A DNA stretch of 64,000 nt from an uncultured Planctomycetota bacterium (GTDB taxonomy: Bacteria > Planctomycetota > Planctomycetia > Gemmatales > Gemmataceae), in NCBI GenBank assembly GCA_963849325.1, contig CAWKHF010000005.1, forward strand, positions 1,024,001 to 1,088,000, written 5' to 3'. Positions 12,121-21,865 of this stretch are shown here, in pieces. The notes below the pieces were generated by a model, which saw only the letters and a program-made list of their open reading frames with translations, had not been told where the DNA came from and did not search any database. Position numbers and translations under genes: made by a program. Within the stretch, counting starts at the first letter, position 1; each line of letters starts with the position of its first letter.

Positions 12121-13080
12121 TCAGCCGACGTTCCGCGCCGTCTTGCGGTTGGCGCGATACCAGGCGACCGTCTGCGCCAGTCCGTCGCGCAGCGACGTGC
12201 GGGCGTGCCAGTCCAGTTCGCGGCGGGCCTTGCTCACGTCGAACAGACGGCGCGATTGGCCGTCGGGCCGGCTCGAATCCCAGACGAGCTGCCCCGCGAA
12301 CCCGCGTGAGGTCCGCCAAGGCGTGCGACCACGTCGGCGATGCTCGTCTCCCGACCGGCCGACAGGTTGACGATGGCCGGCCGATCGTAGACCTCGGCGG
12401 CGCGGAGGATGCCCTCGGCCACATCGCCGGCATAAACGAAATCGCGCGTCGGCGTGCCGCTGCCCCACACGATCAGGCGTTCGTGCTTCTCCTCGGTCGC
12501 CTCGACGAACTTGCGAACCAGCGCCGGCACGACGTGGGCGTTCTCCAGGTCGAAGTTGTCGTAAGGGCCGTAGATGTTGCCGGGGATGGTGGAGACGGCG
12601 AGGAAGCCGTGCTGTTTCCAGTAGGCGAGCGACTGGACGTGCAACATGCGCTTGGCCAGCGAATAGGGAGCGCTCTTCTTCCTGCGGGAAGCCGTCCCAG
12701 AAGTTGTCTTCCTTCAGCGGCATCGGGGCGTGTTCGGGATAGCCGCAGCCGGCGGCGGCGGCGACGACCTTCCGCACGCCGCTCTTCCACGCATGATGAA
12801 GCGTGAACGTGTTCATCATGAGATTGCGATAGAAGAAGTCGGCCGGCCGCGCCTTGTTGGCGCCGATGCCGCCGACGTGGCCGGCCAGGTGCAGCACCAC
12901 ATCCGCCGGATGCTCGGCGAACAGGCGCACGACCTGCTCCTCGCGGGTCAGGTCGTACTCGCGCTGCCGCACGACGAAGATGTTCGCGCAGTCGGTTTCG
13001 TTCAGTTGATCCACGACATGGCTGCCCAGGAAGCCGCCGCCGCCCGTGACCAACACCCGTTTGCCCGTCCAGAAACTCAT
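12121..13080 (-). CDS. fcl: GDP-L-fucose synthase-like 3,5-epimerase/4-reductase; frameshifted
   Basis: TGGGGFLG, HLAGHVGGIGAN, GCGYP, YSLAK, NIYGPYDNF, HVVPAL, WGSGTPTRDF. Confidence 0.85.
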   Translation of the reverse strand: MSFWTGKRVLVTGGGGFLGSHVVDQLNETDCANIFVVRQREYDLTREEQVVRLFAEHPADVVLHLAGHVGGIGANKARPADFFYRNLMMNTFTLHHAWKSGVRKVVAAAAGCGYPEHAPMPLKEDNFWDGFPQEEERSLFAGQAHVARPVARLLETARLPRRLHHPRQHLRPLRQLRPGERPRRAGAGSQVRRGDRGEARTPDRVGQRHADARFRLCRRCGRGHPPRRRGLRSAGHRQPVGRSGDEHRRRGRTPWRTSRGFAGQLVWDSSRPDGQSRRLFDVSKARRELDWHARTSLRDGLAQTVAWYRANRKTARNVG

Positions 13081-13135
13081 CGTTGCATACTCCCCGAATG
13101 GTTGACGATTACAGCGCGCAATCCGCTTCGGTTGC

Positions 13136-13679
13136 CTACACAGGTACACCGATGACGCTGCGCCGCCGCCCAGACGTCCTCGACGACGTAATCCGCCCGC
13201 ACCCCTTGCTGCTCGATAATGCGCGCCGTGGCCGGTGCGGACCAGGAACGTGACGGCGCCGAGGCGCCGGCCCAGCTCGATGTCGCACGGCTTGTCGCCG
13301 ATGACGAACGACGACGCCGGATCGAAGTTCAGCTCCGCCGCGGCGCGGAGGGCCAGACCCGGCTCCGGCTTGCGGCAGTCGCAGCCATCCTCCGGCCCGT
13401 GCGGACAGACGTAGATCCCCGCCAGCGATCACGCCATCGTCCGCCAGCAAGTGCGTCAGACAGGCGTGAATGCCGTCCAGCGCGGCCGGATCGAAATAAC
13501 CGCGTTTGAGGCCGGACTGGTTGGTCAGGACGGCCAACCCCAGGCCCAAGCTGTTCAGCAGTTGCAGACCCGGCACCGTGCCGGGCAGCATCTCCAGGTC
13601 CTCGGCGCGAGCCAGGTAATGGCGCTCGGCGATGAGGGTGCCATCGCGATCCAGGAGTACGAAGCGGCGTCGTGCTCAT
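13136..13679 (-). CDS. gmhB: D-glycero-D-manno-heptose-1,7-bisphosphate phosphatase (HAD); frameshifted
   Basis: LDRDGTL, TNQSG, CPH...C.CRKP, IGDK..D motifs across frames. Confidence 0.85.
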
Positions 13680-14390
13680 GACACCGCCCCCACGCCGGCC
13701 AGGAATGCCTCGGCGCTGGACAGAGATTCCGGAGTTCCAATATCCAGAAAGGCGCCGGAACTGCGATAGCCGCCGAGTCCGTGCGGCAGCCACGCGGGGA
13801 AGGCGTCGCGCTCAAGCGACAGCGGCTGCCCTTCGGGCAACAACTCCAGCAGCCAGCGTGACAGCAGGTAGACGCCGGCGTTGATCCAGCCCGGCGCCGG
13901 CCGGCCCTGTTTCTCCTCGAAGGATGCGAATGAATCCCTGGTCGTCGGCGCCGACCGTGCCGAAGCGCGAGCGTCCTCGACCTGCGCCAGCACCAGCGAG
14001 CCGGCGAAGCCGTGGGCCTGGTGCCAGGACTGGAACGCCGGCAGATCGCAGGCGACGAAGGAATCGCCGTTGAGGGCGAGCAGCGATTCGGCGTGCGTCA
14101 GGGCCAGCGCCTGCCGCAGCGCGCCGCCGGTGCCCAGCGGCTGCGACTCCCAGGAGTAATACAGGTACATCTCCCGGTAGCGAGCGCCGAAGGCCCGCGC
14201 CGACCTGCTCGGCCCGGTAGCCGGTACACAGGATCACGTCGCGGACGCCGCCGTCGGCCAGCGAGTCCAGCAGGTAAGCGAGGAACGGACGCCCCGCGAC
14301 CGGGGCCAGCACCTTGGGCGTCTCCGGCAGAACGCCGCGCAGGCGCGTGCCGAGTCCGCCTGCCAGGATCAACGCTGGAATGTCTTGCAT
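13676..14390 (-). CDS. hddC: Heptose-1-phosphate guanylyltransferase-like nucleotidyltransferase; frameshifted
   Basis: LAGGLGTRL, PKVLAPVAGRPFL, PLGTGGAL, NGDS, INAGVY, FLDIGTPE; adjacent to hddA and gmhB. Confidence 0.8.
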
Positions 14391-14405
14391 GGCTAACTCG
14401 CCCTG

Positions 14406-15485
14406 TTATCGATTGTTGCTGCGCCACGATTGCAAACCGAGATTGTCGAAGGCGAAGTCGGTGAACTGGCCGCCCATCGCCTCCAGGGCCAGGCGGATCT
14501 CGTGCTGTCGATCCGTCTCGCAGTACAGCAGCAGGTAGCCGCCGCCGCCGGCGCCGAGCAGCTTGCCGCCGCACGCGCCGCACGACCGCGCCTCCTCGTA
14601 GAGCTTGTCGGCGATCGTGCCCACGGCCACGTCCGGGTTCATGCGTTTCTTGGCGAGGTACGCCTCGTGCAGCAGCTCGCCGAACTCCGTCAGCCGGCCC
14701 TTGAGCAGCGACTCCTTCATCTCGAAAACCAGCTCGTACAGCCGCCGCAAGCCCTGGTGCGTCGCCGTCCGCCCCTCGCGGTACATCTTCACCTGCTTGG
14801 ACACCAGGCCGAGGTCGGCGCGGACGCGGCCGGTGTAGCACAAGAGCAGATGGCTCTCCAGATCGTTGAGGATGTCGCGGTCGATGGACAGCGGATTGAC
14901 CAGCACGCGGTCGGCGTAGAACTCGATGAGGTTGAAACCGCCGAACGTGGTGGCGTACTGGTCCTGCTTGCCGCCGGCGATGCGCAGGTCGTGCCGCTCG
15001 ATCTCGTAATTCAGCTCGGCCAGCTCGTAGGCGTCCAGGTCTTGCCCGGTGTAGCGCGCCAGCGCGGCGATGACGGCGGCGGTCAGCGCCGACGAGCCGC
15101 CCAGGCCGCTGCCGGCCGGGGCGTCCGAGCGCACGTCCAGTTCCAGGCCGCGACCGGCCGCCAGCCGATGAATGGCCGCCTTGGCCAGGTCGAGGACGCC
15201 ATCGTAGATCGGCTTTTGCTGGATGTCGTACTGGACCATGTAGCCCAGGTCGAGCGAACGGATGCGCACCTCGCGGTCGTCGCGCGGGTACAGCGTGACG
15301 TAGGCGAAGCGGTTGATGGTGCTGGAGAAGACGGCGCCGCCGTGCTCCTCGTACCAGTGCGGCAGGTCGGTGCCGCCGCCGGTGAAGCTGATGCGCAGCG
15401 GCGCCTTGGCGCGGATGAGGATGCCGTCGCCGGCCGGCCGTTCGCGCCGCTTCGCCATCCGCGTCGGGGCCAGGATTCTCGTCAT
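14406..15485 (-). CDS. hddA: GHMP kinase, D-glycero-alpha-D-manno-heptose-7-phosphate kinase
   Basis: APLRISFTGGGTD, PAGSGLGGSS, GGKQDQY, GGKLLGAGGGG; intact ORF. Confidence 0.88.
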   Translation of the reverse strand: MTRILAPTRMAKRRERPAGDGILIRAKAPLRISFTGGGTDLPHWYEEHGGAVFSSTINRFAYVTLYPRDDREVRIRSLDLGYMVQYDIQQKPIYDGVLDLAKAAIHRLAAGRGLELDVRSDAPAGSGLGGSSALTAAVIAALARYTGQDLDAYELAELNYEIERHDLRIAGGKQDQYATTFGGFNLIEFYADRVLVNPLSIDRDILNDLESHLLLCYTGRVRADLGLVSKQVKMYREGRTATHQGLRRLYELVFEMKESLLKGRLTEFGELLHEAYLAKKRMNPDVAVGTIADKLYEEARSCGACGGKLLGAGGGGYLLLYCETDRQHEIRLALEAMGGQFTDFAFDNLGLQSWRSNNR

Positions 15486-15509
15486 GACAGAGGGTCCGCA
15501 AAAATCACT

Positions 15510-15561
15510 TCGTTTAGCCGCGACGCGAGCGAGCGCACTCGCTCGCGTCGCGGCTAAACGA
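15510..15561. repeat. REP-like family A palindrome
   Basis: tcgtttagccgcgacgcgagcgag...ctcgctcgcgtcgcggctaaacga. Confidence 0.85.
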
Positions 15562-15578
15562 GGAACTTGTTGGGGGCG

Positions 15579-16517
15579 TCACACGTTCGTGAACTTTCCG
15601 CGACCCAGAAGGCGATAGCCTTTGATCAGTTCGCGGACGCCGTCTTCCAGCGAACGGCGGGCCTCGAAGCCGGCCTCGCGCAGGCGCTGGTTGGAGACGA
15701 CATAATTGCGCTTGTCCGGGTCGCTGCCGACCGCCGCGTAATGCACGTAGAAGCGCGGCACGTGCTTCTGAATGAGACGAGCAAGGTCTTCCTTGGAGCA
15801 ATTGGCCGCGTCCAGGCCGACGTTGTACGGCCGGCCGGCCATGCGCTCGCCGTTCTCGATGCAGTGGATGAAACAGTCGGCCACGTCGCGGATGTGGACG
15901 AAGTTGCGCTTGAAGTCCTTCTCGAAGATGACCAGGTAGCCGCGCGTCACCGCCTCGTAAACGAAGTGGTTGACGAGCAGGTCGAGCCGCATGCGCGGCG
16001 ACAGGCCGAACACGGTGGCCAGCCGCAGCGTGAGCGCGTGCGGGCTGTCGAGCACGGCGGCCTCGGCCTGCACCTTCGTCTGTCCGTAAAGCGAGATCGG
16101 CTCCAGCGAACTGTCTTCGGTGCAAAACACGTCGCCGGACTTGGTGCCGTAGCCGCTGTTGGTCGTCGGATAGACGAGCAGCTGGTGCGGGCTGCGGACG
16201 CGGTTGAGCAGGCGGATGGCATCGACGTTGACGCTGCGCGTCAGCAGCGGATCGCGGTCGCAGGCCGGGGCGCCGACGATGGCCGCCAGCGGGATAATCG
16301 CATCCGCTCCGCGCACCAGTCGCCGAAGCTGCTCCTCGTCGCGGGCGTCGCCGTGGACGAAATCGAAGTGCGGATGGCCGGCCAGGTGGAACAGACTCTG
16401 TTCGCCGTACAGCAGGCTATCCAGGACCGTCACCTGGTAGCCCTTGTGCAGCAGATGCTCGCACAGGATCGAGCCGAGGTAGCCGGCGCCGCCGGTGACA
16501 AGGACTCGGTCGGCCAT
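15579..16517 (-). CDS. GDP-D-glycero-D-manno-heptose C4-dehydrogenase-like SDR (Campylobacter Cj1427-like)
   Basis: TGGAGYLGS, IIPLAAIVGAP, YPTTNSGYG, RLATVFGLSPRMRLDLLVN, DPDKRNY closely follow my recollection of Cj1427 motifs. Confidence 0.8.
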   Translation of the reverse strand: MADRVLVTGGAGYLGSILCEHLLHKGYQVTVLDSLLYGEQSLFHLAGHPHFDFVHGDARDEEQLRRLVRGADAIIPLAAIVGAPACDRDPLLTRSVNVDAIRLLNRVRSPHQLLVYPTTNSGYGTKSGDVFCTEDSSLEPISLYGQTKVQAEAAVLDSPHALTLRLATVFGLSPRMRLDLLVNHFVYEAVTRGYLVIFEKDFKRNFVHIRDVADCFIHCIENGERMAGRPYNVGLDAANCSKEDLARLIQKHVPRFYVHYAAVGSDPDKRNYVVSNQRLREAGFEARRSLEDGVRELIKGYRLLGRGKFTNV

Positions 16518-16699
16518 GAGAGAAGGCACTCCATGAGGGGTCCAGGGGCGAACGCCGATGCGCGGCACCCTCTTCGAGGGCGCGAGAGGGACGAATCGAC
16601 CGCCAAAAATATCTAGCTTATTTTTCCGGCCGGCGCGAGTGGAAATGGTGTTGAACCCGGTTCGGACACGCCCGTGATTTTTTCGATCCGGCACCCGCG

Positions 16700-17715
16700 C
16701 AGCATGCTCACGCCGCCGGCATCGACGCTGGCAACGTTAGCCACTGGGCCTGCGTCGAATCCACCCCCGACGACAGCGACGCCGTCGCGCGTTCCCCGCT
16801 CATACCGCCGGGCTGCGGCAATTGGTCGCCTGGCTACGCCAATGCGGCGTCACCACCGTGGCCGTGGAGGCCACCGGCGTCTACGCCCACGTCCTGTTTT
16901 TGACTCTGCTGGAAGCCGGCTTCGTGGTGGTGATGACCGCACCGCAGTTTGCCCGCCAGATCAAGGGCCGGCCCAAGACCGACAAGCGTGACTGCCAGTG
17001 GATTCAACGCCTGCACAAGCACGGCCTGTTGCCGGCCATCTTCCAGCCCGACGAGGCCACCCAGACCCTGCGTGACTACGTCCGCCAACGCGCCAACCTG
17101 GTCCGCCTGTCCGGCCAGCACATCCAGAGGATGCAGAAGGCGCTGCAACTGATGAACCTCAAGCTGACCGGCGTGCTGGGCGACGTCACCGGCGTAACGG
17201 GGCTAAAGATCATCCGGGCCATCCTCGCCGGCCAACGCGACCCGCAGCAACTGGCCAGGCTGCGCAACCGCCGCTGCCGGCACAGCGTTGCGGACATCGC
17301 CCAGGCGTTGGATGGCCGCTATCGCCCCGAGCATATAACCGAGCTGCGCTGTTGCCTGACCTTGTGGGAGAAGTATCAGGAGGTGATCGGTGAGCTGGAC
17401 GAAGCCATCGACGCCCACCTGCGGAGCATGCGTCGGCAGACCGCGTTGCCCCCACTGCCGCCCAAGCCCCGCATGCGTGGCCGCAAGCCGCACGACCCAC
17501 GCTTTGACGTGCGCCAGGCGTTGTACTTGGCCACGGGCGTAGACCTGACGGCGATCGAAGGCATTGACGAGGTGCATGCGTTGACGTTGGTCAGTGAGCT
17601 GGGTTGGGACTTCACGAAATGGCCGACGGTCAAGCAGTTCACCTGCTGGCTGGGGCTGTGCCCCAACTGGCACAAGACCGGGGGTAAGGTCAAGTCCAGC
17701 GCGACGCGGAAGTGA
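16700..17715 (+). mobile_element. Truncated IS110-family transposase (no clear start, frameshift near 16790, C-terminal truncation)
   Basis: HAAGID, EATGVY, KTDKRDCQW, WLGLCP...TGGK followed shortly by a stop. Confidence 0.85.
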
Positions 17716-17996
17716 AGTCGGACAGAGATTACAAAAAACCCATTTTCTTCTTGCGTTCCGCAAGTCCGGTCGTGTAGGGTAAATGCCATATCGCTCGTGA
17801 AACTATTCATTTGCCCACCACTGCGGTTGAGGACTCGCTATCCGTGGAGCAGTGATGCGTTGACGTTCAAACCCGCATGGATGATGCGCTTCTTCTGTGT
17901 GTCAATCCAGCCAACGACTCGTTGGCGCCGAGAAACCGTGCCCCCCGAGGGCACGAATGAGGCCAGCTTCAACCCGAGGTGTAAGGGACACCAAGG

Positions 17997-18045
17997 TAGT
18001 ATTTCTGTCTCTTTTTGTTTCTTTTCCAAGGGAGGTGGATCGTGC
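17997..18045 (+). promoter_or_regulatory. Conserved 5' leader/RBS of DUF1559 gene, copy 1
   Basis: tagtatttctgtctctttttgtttcttttccaagggaggtggatcgtgc, nearly identical to 19534..19582. Confidence 0.75.
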
Positions 18046-18984
18046 AACGAAATCTGTTCTTGCGTACAGGTGGGAAGCGGAGCGGCTTCACGCTGATTGA
18101 GCTGTTGGTGGTCATTGCCATTATCGCCATCCTGATTGGCCTGTTGCTGCCGGCCGTGCAAAAAGTCCGCGAGGCGGCCGCACGCATGAGTTGCCAGAAC
18201 AACCTCAAGCAGCTGGCCGTCGCCGTCCATTCCTACCACGACACCTATCAACGGTTCCCGTGCAACGGCCCGCAGGCCACCTACAGCATGGGCGGCCAGA
18301 ATTGGAGCTGGCTGGCTCGCATCTTGCCCTACCTCGAGCAGAGTAACCTGTACGTGCAGATGGGTATCCCGAATACGACCCTGGCAACCGAGAATGCGAA
18401 CGGATTACTGGCGACGGGGATCAAGACGCTCCAGTGCCCCAGTGACGGCACGACGAACATGCCCCAAGACGAACACCTCCGACATCGGCGGGAAGGTGGG
18501 GCAAACTAACTACAAGGGCGTCTGCGGCGATAACTGGAGCTGGGGCAAATACGCCAACGGCAACCAACCGACCGGCGGCAGCAGCGGTCTGGATAACGGC
18601 AACGGTATCTTCTACCGCACGGACGGGATTCCCACCACCGGCGGGCATGGCCCCCTGCCGATGGTCGCCATCGTCGATGGCACGAGCAACACCTTCATGA
18701 TCGGGGAAGACGTACCTCTGTACAACAACTGGTGTGCCTGGCCGTACAGCAACGCCGCCACCGGCACCTGCGCCATCCCGCTCAACTACGGCATCCCACC
18801 CGATACCAACCCCGGTGGGGCCGGCGACTGGAACAATGTCTACTCGTTCCGCAGCCGCCACACCAACGGCGCCAACTTCGCCTTCGCCGATGGCAGCGTC
18901 CAGTTCATCAATACCAGCATCACCGCGGCCGTCTATCAGGCCCTCTCCACCTACCAGGGCAGCGAGGTGGTGTCGCGTCCCTGA
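18042..18984 (+). CDS. DUF1559 prepilin-type N-methylation domain protein; frameshift near 18465
   Basis: [46 protein letters not shown]9-DG C-terminus. Confidence 0.92.
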
Positions 18985-18999
18985 GAGTCTGTTCCCCAC

Positions 19000-19033
19000 G
19001 CCGCTTGCGGCTTCGCGCGAAGCCGCAAGCGGC
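19000..19033. repeat. REP-like family E palindrome (GCCGCTTGCGGC arms)
   Basis: gccgcttgcggcttcgcgcgaagccgcaagcggc; half-copies near 29491, 41855 and 45860. Confidence 0.7.
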
Positions 19034-19056
19034 TCCTCCACGGAGATTGCGACGAC

Positions 19057-19503
19057 ATGAGACGAGTTCTTCGTTTCCATCCATTCGTTTTCCTACTGGT
19101 TTGCGCCGCCCCCTTCGTCCCGGGCTGTGGCGGTGACAAGGGCGTTAAGGTCGAGGGCCAGATCGTCCGCGACGGCAACCCTTACGCGGCGGCCGAGGGC
19201 GAGACCGTGAACCTCTCCTTCGCCGGCAAGAACGCCAAGGGCGAGGACGCGATCTACCCTGCGACCGTCAACGCCGGCGCCGGCTCCTTCGTCGTCAATG
19301 GGCCGGAAGGCAAAGGCATTCCGCCGGGCAAGTACAAGATCACCATCAACCTATCCTCCGGGGGTTCTGATCCCGCCAGCCTGGCCAAGCTCGAAAAAGT
19401 CAACGCGCAGTTCGCCCGCATCAACGGCAAGGAATGCGACATCACCAGCGAGCCGGTCCAGAAGATCACCATCGACATCGGCAAAGGGACGGTCGGCAAA
19501 TAA
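19057..19503 (+). CDS. Putative lipoprotein partner of DUF1559 (carboxypeptidase-regulatory-like fold)
   Basis: Lipobox-like VPGCGG, V.G.I..DG.P, GIPPGKYKITI; typical DUF1559 neighbour. Confidence 0.75.
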   Translation: MRRVLRFHPFVFLLVCAAPFVPGCGGDKGVKVEGQIVRDGNPYAAAEGETVNLSFAGKNAKGEDAIYPATVNAGAGSFVVNGPEGKGIPPGKYKITINLSSGGSDPASLAKLEKVNAQFARINGKECDITSEPVQKITIDIGKGTVGK

Positions 19504-19533
19504 GAAGCGTCTTCGCGCGAAGGAATCTCCAGA

Positions 19534-19582
19534 TAGTATTTCTGTCTCTTTTTGTTCCTTTTCCAAGGGAGGTGGATCGTGC
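19534..19582 (+). promoter_or_regulatory. Conserved 5' leader/RBS of DUF1559 gene, copy 2
   Basis: Near-identical to 17997..18045. Confidence 0.75.
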
Positions 19583-20487
19583 GGCGACAACGGTTCGCAC
19601 GTGTCGTGACGGAGAGACGGAATGGCTTCACGCTGATCGAGTTGTTGGTGGTGATCGCCATTATCGCCATCCTGATCGGCCTGTTGCTGCCGGCCGTGCA
19701 GAAAGTCCGCGAGGCCGCCGCGCGCATGGCGTGCGGCAACAACATGAAACAGCTTGGCGTGGCCGTGCACAATTGCAACGACACCAACAGCGTCCTGCCG
19801 CCGTTGTGCGCCGCCAGTTCCGCCGCCGGCGTGGTCATCCCGGCGGGATATCCGCCGTACAGCGGTTATGGGTTTACGATCTTCGGCTTCCTGCTGCCTT
19901 TCCTCGAACAGGGCAACCTGTACACGAAGATGACGACCTCGGGTCCGCAGTACACCACGGTCGTCAAGGCGTTCCTGTGCCCGTCGGACCCCAGCTCGAA
20001 CAACGGCAAATGTACCTCCGGATATACCAGCGATGCCGTCAGCAATTACCAGGCGAACGCCTACGTCTTCGCCAACTGCGCGGCGGGCAACACCTTCGGC
20101 ACCGCCCGCATCCCCGCCACCTTCCAGGACGGCACCTCCAACGTTATCATGTTCACCGAGGCGTACGGTACGTGCGGCAAGGCCGGCATCGCTACCGCCG
20201 AGGGCAGTCTTTGGAACGACTCCAATAGCAGCTGGCGTCCCGCTTTCGACCTGACTAATTCCAAGGGGACCGTTCCCACCACGTACCCGCTCGCTCCCAT
20301 GTTCCAGGTGCAGCCCAACTACACCAGCAACTGCATCTTCACCCAGCCCAGCTCGCCGCACACCGGCGGCATCATGGCGGGCATCGGCGACGGCAGTGTG
20401 CGCTTCATCAGCCAGGGCATTAACCCGACGACCTGGTCCTACGCCTGCGACCCGCGCGATGGCAATCCCCTGACCAGCGGCTGGTGA
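19579..20487 (+). CDS. DUF1559 prepilin-type N-methylation domain protein
   Basis: [36 protein letters not shown]. Confidence 0.92.
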   Translation: MRRQRFARVVTERRNGFTLIELLVVIAIIAILIGLLLPAVQKVREAAARMACGNNMKQLGVAVHNCNDTNSVLPPLCAASSAAGVVIPAGYPPYSGYGFTIFGFLLPFLEQGNLYTKMTTSGPQYTTVVKAFLCPSDPSSNNGKCTSGYTSDAVSNYQANAYVFANCAAGNTFGTARIPATFQDGTSNVIMFTEAYGTCGKAGIATAEGSLWNDSNSSWRPAFDLTNSKGTVPTTYPLAPMFQVQPNYTSNCIFTQPSSPHTGGIMAGIGDGSVRFISQGINPTTWSYACDPRDGNPLTSGW

Positions 20488-20670
20488 GGGATTGCCGGCA
20501 AATAAGGAGCGCCTTCGCGGACACTTCCTCGTTTAGCGACGGGTTCGGCCCCGCCGCTAAACGATTTCGTACACTTCCAGCTTGCGATTGGGGGAGGATT
20601 ACCCTTATACTCAAACTTATCTATTTTGCCCCTCTCGCGGGGGCTTCGCCAGCAATCCACGGAACCGGCG

Positions 20671-21699
20671 ATGACCATGCGGCTCGACAAGGGCATTCTT
20701 CCCATCTCCGTGACCGTGGTCGATGACGAACCGATGGCCCAGGACGTTCTCGTCCGCGCCGCCCATTCCTGGGATTATCACTGCCAGACGGCCCGAAGCG
20801 CCGAACAGGCCGTGGAGTTGCTCGAACAAAACCTGACGCCCATCGTCGTGACAGACCTGCTGATGCCCGGCCGCGGCGGTCTGTGGCTGGTGCGCGAGGT
20901 GCGCCGTCGTTGGCCCGACGTCGGCATCATCGTCCTGACGGCCGGCCACAATCCCGACGCCGCCGAGGAATGCCTTCGCGCCGGAGCGCATCACTACTTC
21001 TTCAAGCCCATCAAGCTCGACGAGTTTCGCCACGTCCTGGAGACGACCTGGCAAGACTATCATCGCCAGCAGGCGCACCAGCGCAGCGAGGCAGCCTTGC
21101 AGCGGGCCGTGCGGCGACAGACGCGGCGCGTGCGCCGCACCTTCCTGTCGGCCATCGCCAGCCTGGTGCGCACCGTCGAACAGCGCGATCCGTACACGGC
21201 CGGACACTCTCGCCGCGTGCGTGGCTACGCTCTGCGTCTGGCGGCGGAGCTGGGGCTGGATCGCCGTCAGAGCCGGCAGCTCGCCCTGGCCGCCATGCTG
21301 CACGACATCGGCAAGGTCGGCATTCCCGACGCCGTGCTGCACAAGCCGGGCCGGCTGTCGCCGGAGGAGGACCGCATCGTCCGCGGCCACTCCGAAATGG
21401 GCGAGCGCATCGTCGCCCCCATCGTCCGCAGCCGCGTCGTGTTGGCGGCCATCCGCGGCCATCACGAGCGCCTCGACGGCAGCGGCTATCCCGATGGCCT
21501 GGCCGGCGCTCAGGTCCCGCTTCTGGCCCGCCTCATCGCCATCCCCGATTGTTTTGACGCCCTCACCACGTCCCGTGCCTACCGGCCCGCCCTGCCGGTA
21601 CCCGAAGCGCTCGCCATCCTCGAAGCCGGTTCCGGCTCCCACCTCGATCCCGTATTCGTCCGCGCCTTCCTTCGCCTCGCGCCGAACTTGTCCCTGTAA
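20671..21699 (+). CDS. REC + HD-GYP c-di-GMP phosphodiesterase response regulator (RpfG-like)
   Basis: VVDDE, TDLLMPG, KP receiver motifs; TAGHS, LHDIGK, HHERLDGSGYP. Confidence 0.92.
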   Translation: MTMRLDKGILPISVTVVDDEPMAQDVLVRAAHSWDYHCQTARSAEQAVELLEQNLTPIVVTDLLMPGRGGLWLVREVRRRWPDVGIIVLTAGHNPDAAEECLRAGAHHYFFKPIKLDEFRHVLETTWQDYHRQQAHQRSEAALQRAVRRQTRRVRRTFLSAIASLVRTVEQRDPYTAGHSRRVRGYALRLAAELGLDRRQSRQLALAAMLHDIGKVGIPDAVLHKPGRLSPEEDRIVRGHSEMGERIVAPIVRSRVVLAAIRGHHERLDGSGYPDGLAGAQVPLLARLIAIPDCFDALTTSRAYRPALPVPEALAILEAGSGSHLDPVFVRAFLRLAPNLSL

Positions 21700-21731
21700 T
21701 CGACGGACGCCGGTTGATTCAACCCATTTTC

Positions 21732-21787
21732 CGTTTAGCCGCGACGCGCAGCGAAGCGCGCACTCGCTGCGCGTCGCGGCTAAACGA
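21732..21787. repeat. REP-like family A palindrome between convergent genes
   Basis: cgtttagccgcgacgcgcagcga...tcgctgcgcgtcgcggctaaacg. Confidence 0.85.
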
Positions 21788-21865
21788 AGGACAAAAGCGT
21801 GCGAGGCGAGGTTGTGGACCTCGCCTCGCACGCTTGTCATGTCGGACGCGGATGAGGAGCTTCGA

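Noticed and set aside
17660-17690. Thr in place of the catalytic Ser in the IS110 (TGGK) as a novelty
   Set aside because: I recall TGG variants in this IS110 subgroup, and the element is truncated anyway.
18042-20487. Diversity-generating retroelement acting on DUF1559 or vWA pairs
   Set aside because: No reverse transcriptase, and the differences between copies are not adenine-specific.
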